NCBI GenBank assembly: GCA_002403855.1
Contig: DHIO01000006.1
Span: forward strand, 111,356-175,355
Length of the DNA stretch: 64,000 bases
Reading direction: 5' to 3'
Source of the DNA: Acidimicrobiia bacterium UBA4744
GTDB lineage: Bacteria; Actinomycetota; Acidimicrobiia; Spongiisociales; UBA4744
Part shown: in pieces, positions 1 through 10,625 of the stretch
How the letters are laid out: every line of letters starts with the position of its first letter
How positions within the stretch are numbered: position 1 is the first letter of the stretch
Program-made: the position numbers and the translations under genes
Notes under the pieces: model-generated
Database searches by the model: none
Told to the model about the DNA's origin: nothing
Seen by the model: the letters and a program-made list of their open reading frames with translations, nothing else

Positions 1-153
1 ATCATGCTGTTGAAGGAAGCCAAGGTCGCAGTCAGCCCCGGGATGGGCTTTGGTCCCCATGGAGAAGGGTTCGTGCGGTTTGCGCTCGTCGAGAACGAGC
101 ACCGCATAGGTCAGGCGGTGCGGGGAATACGCAACGCGTTGGACAAACTGTGA
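1..153 (+). CDS. 3' end of a class I/II PLP-dependent aminotransferase (partial, start lies outside the window)
   Basis: Frame 1 runs open from base 1 to the stop at 151-153. The C-terminal peptide ...[42 protein letters not shown] is a typical aminotransferase C-terminus. Confidence 0.6.
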   Translation: MMLLKEAKVAVSPGMGFGPHGEGFVRFALVENEHRIGQAVRGIRNALDKL

Positions 154-199
154 GCCTCGGGGAGGTCGACTCGACCTCCCGCCCCGAGCAGACCGCGCT

Positions 200-2335
200 C
201 TAGCCCCCCAACCGCTTCCCGAGCGGCACGTATGCCTCTTCGGCGTACTGTTTGACCATACGGTTGGTACTGAAACCGACGAGCGACGAGATCATGGCCT
301 CCTTCATCATGGCCACCCAGGCGCCGGGAGTGCCGGATTCGTCTCGCTCGTAGTAGAGCGGCACCACTTCGTCCTGCAACACCTTGTACAAGGCCAGGGC
401 ATCCTCGTTGTCCTGAGCCTGGTGGTTGCCGTCACCCCACTCCAGACCGAAAGCCCAACCGTTCCTTCCGTTGAATCCTTCCGCCCACCAGCCGTCGAGG
501 ATGGACAGGTTCAAACCACCGTTCATCGCCGCCTTCATCCCTGAGGTTCCGGATGCCTCCTGCGGGGGACGCGGGTTGTTGAGCCAGACATCAACGCCCT
601 GGGTGAGGAACCTGCCCATGCGGATGTCGTAGTCCTCTAAGACGTAGATGTGGCCGGCCAGCTCGGGGCTCTTCGATAGTTCGATGATCCGCCGAATGTA
701 CTCTTGACCCATCTTGTCGGCCGGGTGTGCCTTGCCGGCGAAGATCACCTGGGCGGGTCGGTCGGGGTTGGTGAGAATGGCCTGCAGCCAGGGGATGTTG
801 TGGAACATCAGAAGGGCTCGTTTGTACGTGGCGAACCGGCGGGCGAAACCGATCGTCAGCCGGTCCGGGGGAAGCAGGGTGTCGATGGCGCGGAGCTCAT
901 CCGGTGACGCCCCATGGCGGGCGTACTGGCGACGCAAGCGGCCCCGACTGAATCGCGTCAGCAACCTCTTTCTGGCGAGGTGATCCTCCCAGATCCGGGT
1001 GTCGGGAACCTGCCGTAGCTTTTCCGCCACGCTCGGGTCCTCGATGAGCTGGGTGAGCCACTCCGATGAGATGACCTCGGTGAGGAGGCGCTTGTTGCCT
1101 CGGCTCACCCAGGTTGGTGTGTGCACGCCGTTGGTGATGCCGTGCACGGCCTCACCACCGAGGAGGTGGCCCCAATCGCCGGTAGCGACGGCGGCGTGGC
1201 GCTGGCTCACACCGTTGACAAAAGAGGAGAGCCGGATGGCGAGCGCCCCTAGGTCGAAGTGTCCATTCTGTCCCTCTCGGCTGCTCCCCATGTGGGCGAG
1301 GTAGGCGATGTCACTGTCGACCCGCCGCGGCCAGTGGTTCAGGTATTTCTCCACCAACGGCATCTCGAAGACCTCGTTTCCGGCCGGGACGGGCGTGTGC
1401 AAGGTGAAGAGGGTGTTGGCCCGCACCGCCTTCTCGGCATCCTCCAGGGATGCCCCGGAACCAACCTCGTCGGCCAGTCGCTCGAGCAGGCTCATGGCGG
1501 CGTGACCTTCGTTGACGTGCCAAGTGGCCGGTCTGATTCCGAGAGCTTTGAGGGCCCGGACCGCGCCGATGCCCAGAATGTACTCCTGGGCAAAACGCAT
1601 CTCCCGCCCCCGCACATACAGCATGTGGGTGATGGGACGGTCGGCGTCTGCGTTGTCGGGGATGTCGGTGTCGAGGAGCAAGATGGGTACCCGGCCGGCC
1701 TGCATCTTCCATACGGCCGCCAGGACGGTCCGTCCCGGAAACTCGATCTCCACTTTGAGTTGTCCTCCCCGCCCTGCCACAGGCAGGACCGGCATCCTCG
1801 ACGTGTCGACTACCGGGTACATGTGCTGCTGGTCGCCGGACGCCTCGATCTCCTGGCGGAAGTAGCCGCGCCGATACAACAGTCCGACGGCCACAAACGG
1901 CACCCCCAGATCCGACGCCGACTTGGTGTGATCGCCGGCCAGCACACCCAGGCCGCCGGAATAGATCGGCATCGAGCTGTGAACCCCGTGTTCTGCGCAC
2001 AGGTAGGCGACGGGACCGTCGATGGCATCGGCGTAATGGCGATCCCACCAGGTGTCGTCGGCCGTCATGTAGTTGTCGAACCGGCGGACGGTGTCCGCGT
2101 ACTGATCCTGGAACACCTCGCTGTGGTCGAGTACCTTCCAGGTCGCCGGGTCGACCACCGACAGCATCTCAACCGGGTTGCGATATTGGGTCCACAATTC
2201 GGGGCTGATCGATCGCCACAACTGGTTCATGGCGTCCCAGGACCACCAGAGGTTGTAGGCAAGGTCGTAAAGCCGGGAGAACGTCTCAGGCACGCGAAGC
2301 TCGGCCCCGGGGAGAGTTGGGATGTCTACGCCCAT
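200..2335 (-). CDS. glgP: alpha-glucan (glycogen/maltodextrin) phosphorylase, GT35 family
   Basis: 711-aa ORF with the conserved N-terminal region [13 protein letters not shown]. The pyridoxal-phosphate lysine region [25 protein letters not shown] is present. Confidence 0.85.
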   Translation of the reverse strand: MGVDIPTLPGAELRVPETFSRLYDLAYNLWWSWDAMNQLWRSISPELWTQYRNPVEMLSVVDPATWKVLDHSEVFQDQYADTVRRFDNYMTADDTWWDRHYADAIDGPVAYLCAEHGVHSSMPIYSGGLGVLAGDHTKSASDLGVPFVAVGLLYRRGYFRQEIEASGDQQHMYPVVDTSRMPVLPVAGRGGQLKVEIEFPGRTVLAAVWKMQAGRVPILLLDTDIPDNADADRPITHMLYVRGREMRFAQEYILGIGAVRALKALGIRPATWHVNEGHAAMSLLERLADEVGSGASLEDAEKAVRANTLFTLHTPVPAGNEVFEMPLVEKYLNHWPRRVDSDIAYLAHMGSSREGQNGHFDLGALAIRLSSFVNGVSQRHAAVATGDWGHLLGGEAVHGITNGVHTPTWVSRGNKRLLTEVISSEWLTQLIEDPSVAEKLRQVPDTRIWEDHLARKRLLTRFSRGRLRRQYARHGASPDELRAIDTLLPPDRLTIGFARRFATYKRALLMFHNIPWLQAILTNPDRPAQVIFAGKAHPADKMGQEYIRRIIELSKSPELAGHIYVLEDYDIRMGRFLTQGVDVWLNNPRPPQEASGTSGMKAAMNGGLNLSILDGWWAEGFNGRNGWAFGLEWGDGNHQAQDNEDALALYKVLQDEVVPLYYERDESGTPGAWVAMMKEAMISSLVGFSTNRMVKQYAEEAYVPLGKRLGG

Positions 2336-2479
2336 GAAGAAGATGATCCTTGTCGGGTGGCGAGCGCGAGATTACCTGTTCATCAACACATCATCCACAA
2401 TCCGGAGCCCCGGGAGCGCACCGGGGGATCGGCTCCGTTGAGTACCCTGGCGGGACGCCAGGCAGGAGTGACAGCGACT

Positions 2480-3523
2480 ATGGCCTTCGCAGACGGCACA
2501 GCCGACTTCCGATCAGACACGGTTACTCGGCCCACGCCCGAGATGCGCAGAGCTATGGCGGAAGCCGCCGTCGGAGACGATGTGTACGGCGAAGACCCGA
2601 CCGTCAATGCTCTCGAAGAGGAATCGGCGGCGGCCGTTGGCAAGCCGGCTGCAGTGTTCGTTCCCACCGGCAGTATGGGCAACCAGCTGGCTATCGGAAC
2701 CCTGACCCGGCCCGGGGACGAGGCCCTGTGCGTGGAGGCCGCCCACGTACGCAACTACGAGGTGGCGGCAGCCGCCGCGGTTTCGGGGGTGCAGTTCCGC
2801 ACTCTTCCCGGACCCGGCGGGCAGATGACGGCCGAAGAGGTGAAGACGGCCATCGATCAGTCGCACTACCACATGCCGCGCATCTCTCTGCTGGTGTGGG
2901 AGAACACCCACAACGTGTCCGGAGGGACTGTGGTGCCTTACGACATGATGTCGGCTTCCAGTGGGGTGGCTCGCGCCGGAGGTCTGGCGGTGCACATCGA
3001 CGGTGCTCGTATCTTCAACGCCGTGGCGGCAACGGGGACCCCGGCCGCAGATTTTGCGGGCCTGGCCGACACCATCCAGTTTTGCTTCTCGAAGGGTCTC
3101 GGGGCTCCGGTCGGATCTGTTCTGTGTGGTTCTGAGGAGGCAATGGCCGAGGCTCGCTATGTTCGCAAGCGGTTGGGCGGGGGGATGCGGCAGGTCGGTG
3201 TTGTCGCCGCCCCGGCCCGTATCGCTCTGCGGGATCGAGATCGTATTGCCGAGGATCACCGGGTTGCCCGGCTGCTTGCGGAAGGCTTGAGCGACCGCTA
3301 CCCGGCCGCAGTGGACCTTGCGCGAGTCGAGACCAACATGGTCATCGTCGACGGATCGGCCCTTCCGTTCGACGTGGCGGAGTTGGTGGACCGGTTCCAC
3401 CGGCGGGGCATCATCATCGGAACGTTGGGGCCGGACATGATCCGGCTGGTGACACATCGTGATGTGAACGCGGACGACGTAGCGCGATTGCTGGCCGTTC
3501 TCGATGAGTTGGAAAGGCATTGA
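2480..3523 (+). CDS. ltaE: low-specificity L-threonine aldolase (PLP-dependent)
   Basis: The internal ATG at 2480 of the long ORF gives [29 protein letters not shown]...[17 protein letters not shown], a typical threonine aldolase N-terminus, in a protein of about 347 aa. The upstream part of the ORF is Arg-rich and non-genic. Confidence 0.8.
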   Translation: MAFADGTADFRSDTVTRPTPEMRRAMAEAAVGDDVYGEDPTVNALEEESAAAVGKPAAVFVPTGSMGNQLAIGTLTRPGDEALCVEAAHVRNYEVAAAAAVSGVQFRTLPGPGGQMTAEEVKTAIDQSHYHMPRISLLVWENTHNVSGGTVVPYDMMSASSGVARAGGLAVHIDGARIFNAVAATGTPAADFAGLADTIQFCFSKGLGAPVGSVLCGSEEAMAEARYVRKRLGGGMRQVGVVAAPARIALRDRDRIAEDHRVARLLAEGLSDRYPAAVDLARVETNMVIVDGSALPFDVAELVDRFHRRGIIIGTLGPDMIRLVTHRDVNADDVARLLAVLDELERH

Positions 3524-3580
3524 CCCTGCGGCGATGATCTCCCCGTAACCACCGGGTGCCCTCCCTAGTCTCACCACCCA

Positions 3581-4522
3581 ATGCGCTTTGCGGTTCTGTT
3601 TCCGGGACAGGGAAGCCAGCAGGTCGGGATGGGAGCGGAGCTCTTCGACGCTCGGCCGGATCTGCTGGGTTCGACGGTCGACGAGGTACTCGGCTGGTCG
3701 CTGCGCGACGTCTGCCTCACCGGCCCGGAATCGGATCTGACCAGGACCGATCGGGCTCAACCGGCGCTCTTCGCCGTCGCGTACGCACTATGGGAGGAGT
3801 TTTCCCGGATGCTGGGCGGGACCAGACCTGTGGCGGGTGCCGGTCACTCGTTGGGCGAGTACACGGCCCTGACCGCGGCAGGGACCTTCGATTACTCCAC
3901 GGGATTGAAGCTCGTGACCGACCGGGGACGGGCCATGGCCGACGCGGCCGCCCGCCAGCCGTCGGGGATGGCCGCATTGCTGGGCTGTGATGTGGGCACG
4001 GCAGAGAAGATCGCTGGGGTGCGCCGCGATGAAGGAGGACGGCTGTGGGTGGCGAACATCAACGCGCCCGGTCAGATCGTCGTAGCCGGCGCCGAGGCCG
4101 ACCTCGAATGGCTCGATTCTCACGGCAGAGAACATGGGGTCCGCCGGGTAGCCCGGCTGAACGTGGCGGGTGCCTTCCATTCGCCACTAATGGCATCCGC
4201 CACCGAGAAACTCAGGGAATCCCTCCATACCGTTGAACCTGCGCTACCGTCGTTTCCTGTGTGGGCGAACGTGACGGCTCGGGCCGGCACACCTTCTGAG
4301 GTATGCGACCTCCTGGCCCGCCAGGTGGAATCGCCGGTCCGGTTTGCCGAGAGCCTCGTCGATATGGCGGGGGCCGTCGACGCCTTCGTCCATGTTGGTC
4401 CGGGCGACGTGACAGCCGGAATGGCCAGGCGTTCGGCGTCGGGCCGCGAGGTGCTGGTCGTCAACGACCTGAGCTCGGCGGCTGCGGTTGCCGACCGGCT
4501 GGTCGATCGTGTGAGGGAGTGA
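3581..4522 (+). CDS. fabD: malonyl CoA-ACP transacylase
   Basis: N-terminal FPGQGSQ motif and active-site GHSLGEY motif. The stop overlaps the fabH start (TGATG). Confidence 0.9.
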   Translation: MRFAVLFPGQGSQQVGMGAELFDARPDLLGSTVDEVLGWSLRDVCLTGPESDLTRTDRAQPALFAVAYALWEEFSRMLGGTRPVAGAGHSLGEYTALTAAGTFDYSTGLKLVTDRGRAMADAAARQPSGMAALLGCDVGTAEKIAGVRRDEGGRLWVANINAPGQIVVAGAEADLEWLDSHGREHGVRRVARLNVAGAFHSPLMASATEKLRESLHTVEPALPSFPVWANVTARAGTPSEVCDLLARQVESPVRFAESLVDMAGAVDAFVHVGPGDVTAGMARRSASGREVLVVNDLSSAAAVADRLVDRVRE

Positions 4523-5610
4523 TGGTGCGGTACGCGGAAATCACCGGATGGGGCAAATGTGTCCCTCCCTCAGTTCTGTCCAACAGCGATCTCGAGGTTC
4601 TCACCGACACCAGTGACGACTGGATCACCACCCGCACCGGTATCAAGGAGCGTCGCATCTCCCATGTCAACGTGTCGGACATGGCGGTGGTGGCTTCGCT
4701 TCATGCCCTGGCGGCGGCCAATCTCGAACCCACCGACATCGATCTCATTCTGCTGGCTACCTGCACAGCCGACCTCGTTATTCCCAGCGCTGCCTCGCTC
4801 GTTCAGGCCAAGCTGGGCGCCACCAACGCCGCGGCACTCGACCTGAACGCGGCGTGCTCGGGATGGATCTACGCTCTCAACGTCGGGACTCAGATGGTGC
4901 GGAGCGGGGGGCACAACAGGGTTCTGGTGATCGGAGCGGAGAAGCTGTCGTTCCTCCTGGACTTCACCGACCGTTCGACGGCCGTGTTGTTCGGAGACGG
5001 GGCGGGCGCCGTGGTTCTCGAGGCGACCGAGGAACCGGTCGGTTTGCGGTCGGTGGAAATCGGGACGGATGGTTCGGTCGCCGACATTCTCTGCGTACCG
5101 GGCGTGGGTACCGCCGGCAATCGATACCAGGGCGATCCGAGTGACTATGCCGTCCATATGGACGGCCCAGAGGTCTTCCGGCGAGCGGTGACGGCGATGG
5201 GCGAGGCATCGAGCCGGGTGGTCGAGCAGGCCGGTCTGTCCGTTGATGAGGTAGACCTCCTGATACCTCACCAGGCCAACGTCCGGATCATCGATGCGAC
5301 CGCTCGCAAACTGAAGCTGGCTCCAGAGCAGGTGTTCGTGAATATCGCTTCCTACGGCAACACCTCGGCGGCCACCATCCCGATGGCGCTCACCGAAGCT
5401 CTCCAAGAAGGACGGGTAGAACCCGGCGCCAACATCGTCTTCGCGGCCTTCGGAGCGGGCCTGACATGGGCGGCGGCCGTGGTCCGGTGGGGCCGGAGGG
5501 TGGAACCCCTCGGCACGAGCGATGCTCATCTACCTCCGGTCGACAAGACGGCCGCCGAGCTGCTCGAGGCGAATGTGGCGTTCTACGGAGAGGGCAGGAG
5601 GTCCGAATGA
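4522..5610 (+). CDS. fabH: 3-oxoacyl-ACP synthase III
   Basis: Starts MVRYAEITGWGKCVP and carries the active-site Cys in ...LNAACSGWIYAL plus the HQANVRII motif. The ATG at 4522 overlaps the fabD stop, and the stop overlaps the fabG start (ATGA). Confidence 0.9.
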   Translation: MVRYAEITGWGKCVPPSVLSNSDLEVLTDTSDDWITTRTGIKERRISHVNVSDMAVVASLHALAAANLEPTDIDLILLATCTADLVIPSAASLVQAKLGATNAAALDLNAACSGWIYALNVGTQMVRSGGHNRVLVIGAEKLSFLLDFTDRSTAVLFGDGAGAVVLEATEEPVGLRSVEIGTDGSVADILCVPGVGTAGNRYQGDPSDYAVHMDGPEVFRRAVTAMGEASSRVVEQAGLSVDEVDLLIPHQANVRIIDATARKLKLAPEQVFVNIASYGNTSAATIPMALTEALQEGRVEPGANIVFAAFGAGLTWAAAVVRWGRRVEPLGTSDAHLPPVDKTAAELLEANVAFYGEGRRSE

Positions 5611-6344
5611 CGAAGGTGGCCCTCGTCACCGGTGGATCGGGCGGCATCGGCCGGGCGGTGGCTCTGGAGCTGGCGGCCCGCGGCAACCGGGTGGCCGTCA
5701 ACTACTACGTCGGCTTTGCCGAGGCGGCCGCCGAGGTGCTCGAGGAGATCGGCTCTGCCGGTGGTGAAGGCGTCACCGTCCAGGCCGACGTCAGCGACCC
5801 TCAGGACGTCGCGCAGATGTTCGCGACGGTGACCGAACAGCTCGGCCCGGTCGACATTCTCGTCAACAACGCCGGCATCACTCGGGACGGGTTGCTGCTG
5901 CGAATGGAAACCGACGACTGGGACGCCGTCCTGAGCACCAACCTTCGATCGGTCTACCTCTGCAGCAAGGCAGCGCTCCGCCCCATGGTGCGTTCCCGGT
6001 GGGGGAGGATCGTCAGCATCAGCTCTGTGGCCGGGCTCTCCGGCAACGTAGGGCAAGCCAACTACGCGGCCTCGAAGGCGGGTGTGGTGGGCTTCACCAA
6101 ATCGGTGGCGAAGGAAGTGGGGTCGAGAGGAGTCACGGTCAACGCAATCGCTCCCGGCTTCATCGATACGGATATGACGAGAAAGTTGCCCGATGAAGTA
6201 CGCGACGCGGCCTCCGGATCGATTGCGCTCGGGCGGTTCGGCCTCCCGCGTGAGGTCGCCTCGGCCGTGGGCTATCTTGCCTCGGAAGACGCCGCCTACA
6301 TCACCGGACAGGTCCTCGTTGTAGACGGAGGCATGGCACTCTAG
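5607..6344 (+). CDS. fabG: 3-oxoacyl-ACP reductase (SDR family)
   Basis: MTKVALVTGGSGGIGRAV Rossmann motif and a YAASKAG catalytic motif in a 245-aa protein. Confidence 0.9.
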   Translation: MTKVALVTGGSGGIGRAVALELAARGNRVAVNYYVGFAEAAAEVLEEIGSAGGEGVTVQADVSDPQDVAQMFATVTEQLGPVDILVNNAGITRDGLLLRMETDDWDAVLSTNLRSVYLCSKAALRPMVRSRWGRIVSISSVAGLSGNVGQANYAASKAGVVGFTKSVAKEVGSRGVTVNAIAPGFIDTDMTRKLPDEVRDAASGSIALGRFGLPREVASAVGYLASEDAAYITGQVLVVDGGMAL

Positions 6345-6353
6345 GGAGGAAAG

Positions 6354-6599
6354 ATGGATCGCTCGGAAATCGAGAACCGCATCAAGAACCTGCTCGTCAG
6401 CGAGCTTGGTTTGGACGAATCGAGAGTATCCGCGGAAGCCACGTTTGAGGAAGACCTCGAAGTGGACTCGCTGGGCGTGGTGGAACTGTTGATGGCCCTC
6501 GAAGACGAGTTCGGGGTCAAGATTCCCGACGAAGAAGCGGAAGAAATCGGCACGGTCGGCGAGGCCGTCGACGTAGTCGAAGCCAAGTTGGCCGGCTGA
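6354..6599 (+). CDS. acpP: acyl carrier protein
   Basis: 81-aa acidic protein with the phosphopantetheine attachment motif LEVDSLGVVEL. Confidence 0.95.
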   Translation: MDRSEIENRIKNLLVSELGLDESRVSAEATFEEDLEVDSLGVVELLMALEDEFGVKIPDEEAEEIGTVGEAVDVVEAKLAG

Positions 6600-6607
6600 G
6601 GCAACCG

Positions 6608-7864
6608 ATGCGTACGCGCGACCGGCGCGTCGTCGTAACCGGGCTGGGTGCCGTCACTCCGGTCGGGCTCACCGTCGACGATTTCTGGAAGGCATTACTC
6701 GCCGGGAAGTCCGGAATCGAGGAGATCGCTGCGTTTGACGCGGCGGGATTTGCCGTGCGCATAGCCGGCGAGCTCAAGGACTTCGATCCCGAGACGTACC
6801 TCAGTCGCCGTGAGGTCCGCACCATGGACCGGTACGCGCAACTGTTCTACATCGCGACTGCCCAGGCACTCCTTGATGCCGGAATTGACTACTCGGAGGA
6901 TCCGGAAGCGGGCCTTCGTTCGGGAGTAGTCATCGGTGGAGGAATCGGCGGCATCATCTCCGTGCAGGAATCGATGCAGATCATGTTCACCCGAGGCGGG
7001 GACCGGATGAACCCCTACACCATCACCCAGATCATTCCCAACATGGGAGCCGGGTACGTCTCCATCGCCTTCAACCTCCTGGGTCCGGTCAGTTGCACGG
7101 TCACCGCTTGCGCTGCCTCGGCCAACGCCATCGGCGACGCCGCCGAGCTGATCCGGAGAGGCGCCGCCGACGTCATGGTGGCGGGTGGCGCGGAAGCTCC
7201 CATTCGCGAGTACGCAATAGCCGGATTCGCTCAGGCGCGCGCCCTGTCAACCAGAAACGACGATCCTTCAGGAGCCTCGCGGCCCTTCGATGCCCATCGT
7301 GACGGCTTCGTCATGGCGGAAGGGGCGGCTTCGCTGATCCTCGAAGAGCGGGATCATGCCTTGGCTCGCGGAGCGCACATCTACGCGGAATTCGTGGGGT
7401 ACGGGATGTCATCGGACGCGTACCACATCACGCTTCCCAAACCTGGCGGTACGGGAGCCGCCCGGGCCATGACCGCCGCCATCGACGATGCCGGAATCGA
7501 ACCCGGGAAGATCGACTACATCAACGCCCACGGGACCTCGACCGCCGCCAACGACTCCACCGAGACCGCGGCCATCAAATTGGCTCTGGGCGAAGAGACC
7601 GCTCGAGGGGTGGCAATCTCATCCACCAAATCCATGACCGGCCACACCCTGGGAGGAGCCGGGGCCGTCGAAGCGGTGGCCAGCGTCCTCGCCATTCGCG
7701 ACGGGATGGTTCCCCCCACCATCAACTACACCACCCCGGATCCGGAGTGCGACCTGGACTATGTCCCCAACGACGCGCGAGCGATGGAAGTGGCGACGGT
7801 GATGAGCAACTCGTTCGGCTTCGGCGGTCACAACGTCTCCTTGATCTTCGAAAAGCACGAGTAG
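6608..7864 (+). CDS. fabF: 3-oxoacyl-ACP synthase II
   Basis: 418-aa KAS I/II fold. Contains TACAASANAIGDA with the active Cys, the HGTSTAAND motif, and SFGFGGHN at the C-terminus. Confidence 0.9.
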   Translation: MRTRDRRVVVTGLGAVTPVGLTVDDFWKALLAGKSGIEEIAAFDAAGFAVRIAGELKDFDPETYLSRREVRTMDRYAQLFYIATAQALLDAGIDYSEDPEAGLRSGVVIGGGIGGIISVQESMQIMFTRGGDRMNPYTITQIIPNMGAGYVSIAFNLLGPVSCTVTACAASANAIGDAAELIRRGAADVMVAGGAEAPIREYAIAGFAQARALSTRNDDPSGASRPFDAHRDGFVMAEGAASLILEERDHALARGAHIYAEFVGYGMSSDAYHITLPKPGGTGAARAMTAAIDDAGIEPGKIDYINAHGTSTAANDSTETAAIKLALGEETARGVAISSTKSMTGHTLGGAGAVEAVASVLAIRDGMVPPTINYTTPDPECDLDYVPNDARAMEVATVMSNSFGFGGHNVSLIFEKHE

Positions 7865-7926
7865 ACCAGGCCCGTTCCTGGTCCGGCGCCGTGGTGAGCT
7901 GGATCTTTGCCACCGCTGCCAAGCTG

Positions 7927-8586
7927 ATGATGCCGATCGGGGCGGTGTTGCTCCTCGCGACCCGGCGCATTCAGAACGACGATCTCGATCTACTGGCAGT
8001 GATCGCCCTGGTGATGGTGGTGGTCGGAGCGGTTCTCCTGTACCTCGTTCTTCGGTCACCGGAGCTGGCCGAACGCGTCGGCCGTGCCTTGGGCCGGTTT
8101 GTCCGCTGGGCAGCCGGTCTGTTCCGCAAGGAGGTGACCACGGACTTCGGTCGGCTGGTCTCCACGTTCAGGGAACAGTCCGCCGACGTGATAAGGAGCG
8201 GTTGGCTGGTCGGCATCAGCGCGAGCCTGACCGGTCAGCTCCTAGCCTTCCTACTGCTGTTGCTCTCACTTCGGTTTGTGGGCATCGGCGCGGATGCCCT
8301 CCATTGGCAGGTCGCCTTCGGGGCCGCTGCGGCGGTAGCGGCGGTGTCCGTCATTCCGATCTTCAATGTGCCCGGGATCGGCGAAGCCATCCTCATTATC
8401 GTCTTCAACGGCGCCGTCGGCCCCGAATCCTCAGATCAGGTCGCAGCGGCCGTCTTCGTGTTCCGGGTACTCAGTTGGCTCGCGCCTATTCCCTTTGGGG
8501 CTGTGATCTTCAGCCGATGGCGGCAGTGGGTCCGGGAGCATGGCCAGGCGGATCTGCTCGAAGCCTTCGACGAACCAGAGGACTGA
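7927..8586 (+). CDS. integral membrane protein, flippase-like/LPG-synthase-TM (UPF0104) type. The start is uncertain: GTG 7891 and 7894 or ATG 7927 are candidates, and the protein may be N-terminally truncated.
   Basis: Several hydrophobic helices (LLLATRR..., LVMVVVGAVLLYLVL, LLAFLLLLLSLRF, AAAVAAVSVIPIF). The open frame extends back to 7747, which would overlap the fabF 3' end by 118 nt. That is implausible, so a downstream start is preferred. Confidence 0.45.
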   Translation: MMPIGAVLLLATRRIQNDDLDLLAVIALVMVVVGAVLLYLVLRSPELAERVGRALGRFVRWAAGLFRKEVTTDFGRLVSTFREQSADVIRSGWLVGISASLTGQLLAFLLLLLSLRFVGIGADALHWQVAFGAAAAVAAVSVIPIFNVPGIGEAILIIVFNGAVGPESSDQVAAAVFVFRVLSWLAPIPFGAVIFSRWRQWVREHGQADLLEAFDEPED

Positions 8587-8767
8587 AAAGACTCTCTCCC
8601 GTCGGGCAGCTTCTCATGGGCCTCCTCCGTATGACCAGACAGGCCGCCCATGCTCCGCCCGCACGGGTCTTCGGGATAGCGGCTGCTCGCCACACCAATG
8701 TCTCCGACGACACTTGTGACGAGGTTGCCTGTGTGGGAGCAATCACCGTGAGAACCACAAGCCGGCG

Positions 8768-9325
8768 GTGAGATGGCGGCGACTGCAGAGCACCCGGGTT
8801 TTGGCTATTGTCGGGCTCGGCCAATCGATGAACTGGAGGTCGACGGTGACATATGACCCGAATAGGCAGGCGGCACTCGGCCAGGAGATCATGGATTCCA
8901 TCGAGGTTGTGGCCGGGCTCATCGAGGCCAACCGCGACGCCTCGCACGGCATTCGGATGATGGCCGAAATCCTCGAGGATCTGCCCATTTCTTCGGAGTT
9001 GCGGGAAAAGGCGGAGATCAGGGATGGATTCGCTTCCAAGCTGGCCGTGATGATGTCGAAGTACGGTGTGGCCGAGGACATTCCCGAGGGTGGATCCTTC
9101 AAGGGAAAGCGTTTTGGGTGGCGGCTTCACATCGCAACTTCGTTGAAGAAGGATGACCGGACCGCCGTTCTCAAGGTTGCCGCCAAGGGCAACGAGGAGA
9201 TGCAGAAGGACTATCGCGAAGCACTGGACGTTCAGCTGCCCGATGACGTTCGCAGGATCATCGTCAATCAACTACGGGAGATCGAGGCAACGGGCGACTG
9301 GATCCAGGCGAAGCTGGACGCCTGA
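8768..9325 (+). CDS. hypothetical cytoplasmic protein (no recognised domain). The true start may be the ATG at 8829 or 8891.
   Basis: Clean 185-codon frame with protein-like, charged and helical composition. Third-position GC is visibly lower than in neighbouring genes. No convincing RBS was found. Confidence 0.45.
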   Translation: MRWRRLQSTRVLAIVGLGQSMNWRSTVTYDPNRQAALGQEIMDSIEVVAGLIEANRDASHGIRMMAEILEDLPISSELREKAEIRDGFASKLAVMMSKYGVAEDIPEGGSFKGKRFGWRLHIATSLKKDDRTAVLKVAAKGNEEMQKDYREALDVQLPDDVRRIIVNQLREIEATGDWIQAKLDA

Positions 9326-9509
9326 GCCGGCACCGGCGGAAGACGGTTCAGCGGAGATCCTCACTACCGGCACGCAGCCGGCTTTCGTCCGGAACCCGTC
9401 TACCACCCGGCGACGAACGTGCCCGTCTTGGTGGTTCGGCCGGGGAGTGGATGTCACGTGTGCGAAATCTCCTGGTGCACGCAGACGACGAACCTCGAAA
9501 TCGGGTTGT

Positions 9510-9794
9510 CTACTCCCGATCGGGTTGCGGTACCTCGCAGCCGGGACCGGGAGGTTCCTCGCCCCTCCGGGAAGCCTGCTGCCACTCGTTGAGCGACCGC
9601 ACTACCAGTACTGCCACCACCAGGATTCCGGCAGCGACGACGAAGGCGGCCCCGAGGCCCACCAGGGCAGCCAGAGGGGCGCACCCGCCGGGCCGGCAGC
9701 CCACCGTCACAACGCTCCAGCCGATGACCCCACCGATCACAAACCCGATCATCACCGGGACCATCACCCACGGGTTGGGAAGGCGCCGCTTCAT
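9510..9794 (-). CDS. small membrane protein (two predicted TM helices), hypothetical
   Basis: The 94-aa ORF MKRRLPNPWVMVPVMIGFVIGGVIGWSVV...LVGLGAAFVVAAGILVVAVLVV is hydrophobic with a positive-inside pattern. It is tightly linked (4-nt overlap) to the upstream membrane gene. Confidence 0.4.
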   Translation of the reverse strand: MKRRLPNPWVMVPVMIGFVIGGVIGWSVVTVGCRPGGCAPLAALVGLGAAFVVAAGILVVAVLVVRSLNEWQQASRRGEEPPGPGCEVPQPDRE

Positions 9795-10571
9795 GCTTCT
9801 CCCTGCTGTCGGGGTCGTCCGTGGTCATCTAGTCCGGCTGCTTCCAGGACCTCCGGTGGAGCCAGTTCGGGAGGAATCGCCACCGGGTCAACTGCTGTCC
9901 GGGTCGTGGTCAGAGTGGCCCGTTGGACTTCCGGTGACCAGGCGAGGGCCGTGAGCATGGCGACGGCCGGCCCCAACACCAGAGCTTCCAGCCAGGGGAG
10001 GGGTGCCACGGCCGTCACGCCCAGCAACGGAAGACCCCCCCGCAGTGCCCACAGGGCAGGCAACCACCCCTGTGAGTACCCCCAGGCGCCGAGGATCGCC
10101 AACCCGCTGAGTAACCAGCCGCCCATAGTGACGCCTCCGGGAGCCGTGACTGCAACCAGCGCCGGGAGGCCCAGCAGCCCAAGACTGAGGATCACCGCCG
10201 GCGGGGGAGGTCCATCGGCACGGGGCAGCCTGCGCAACCAGCCGTCCAACCAGGGTCCGGCCAAACCGCCACATGAGACTGCCGTCGCTGCCACTGCGGC
10301 AATCCACCATCCGTCCGCTTCGTAGAAGATGCCGAGAACGGCCTGACCTCCGAGAAGAACGAACCCGGCCCATCGAGTCCAACGGCCCCGCGCAAGCACG
10401 ATCCCTACCGCGATCACCGTTCCCAGCAAGAGGAGGTCGACGGCCAGGAGCACGGCGGCAGAACCGGCCAGCGGTCCAGAACCGAATGCCAGAACCAGAG
10501 CCCAGCCCAAACAGGAGAGCACCATCAGAGCCGCAACCGTGAGGGGAGGACGTTGCATGCTGAGCATTATG
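9791..10571 (-). CDS. polytopic membrane protein, hypothetical
   Basis: The internal start MLSMQRPPLTVAALMVLSCLGWALVLAF... is followed by at least 6 hydrophobic segments and a Pro-rich tail. The upstream part of the ORF overlaps the NUDIX gene on the opposite strand. Confidence 0.45.
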
Positions 10572-10625
10572 CCCTTACCCGAGCAGCACCGGACATGCCG
10601 ATGAAGGCCGGGTACCCTGACCCGC

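Noticed and set aside
1311-2048. Long minus-strand ORFs rich in Arg/Pro/Gly lying antisense to or out of frame with glgP and ltaE. Similar examples occur at 2513-3760, 4570-5529, 15679-16689 and 18833-19324.
   Set aside because: Typical high-GC artefacts. They have extreme Arg/Gly/Pro composition and no motifs, and they overlap well-supported genes. None were called.
8202-8771. Plus-strand 189-aa ORF and minus-strand 253-aa ORF (8510-9271) spanning the 8586-8768 spacer.
   Set aside because: Arg-rich, and overlap better candidates. Not called.
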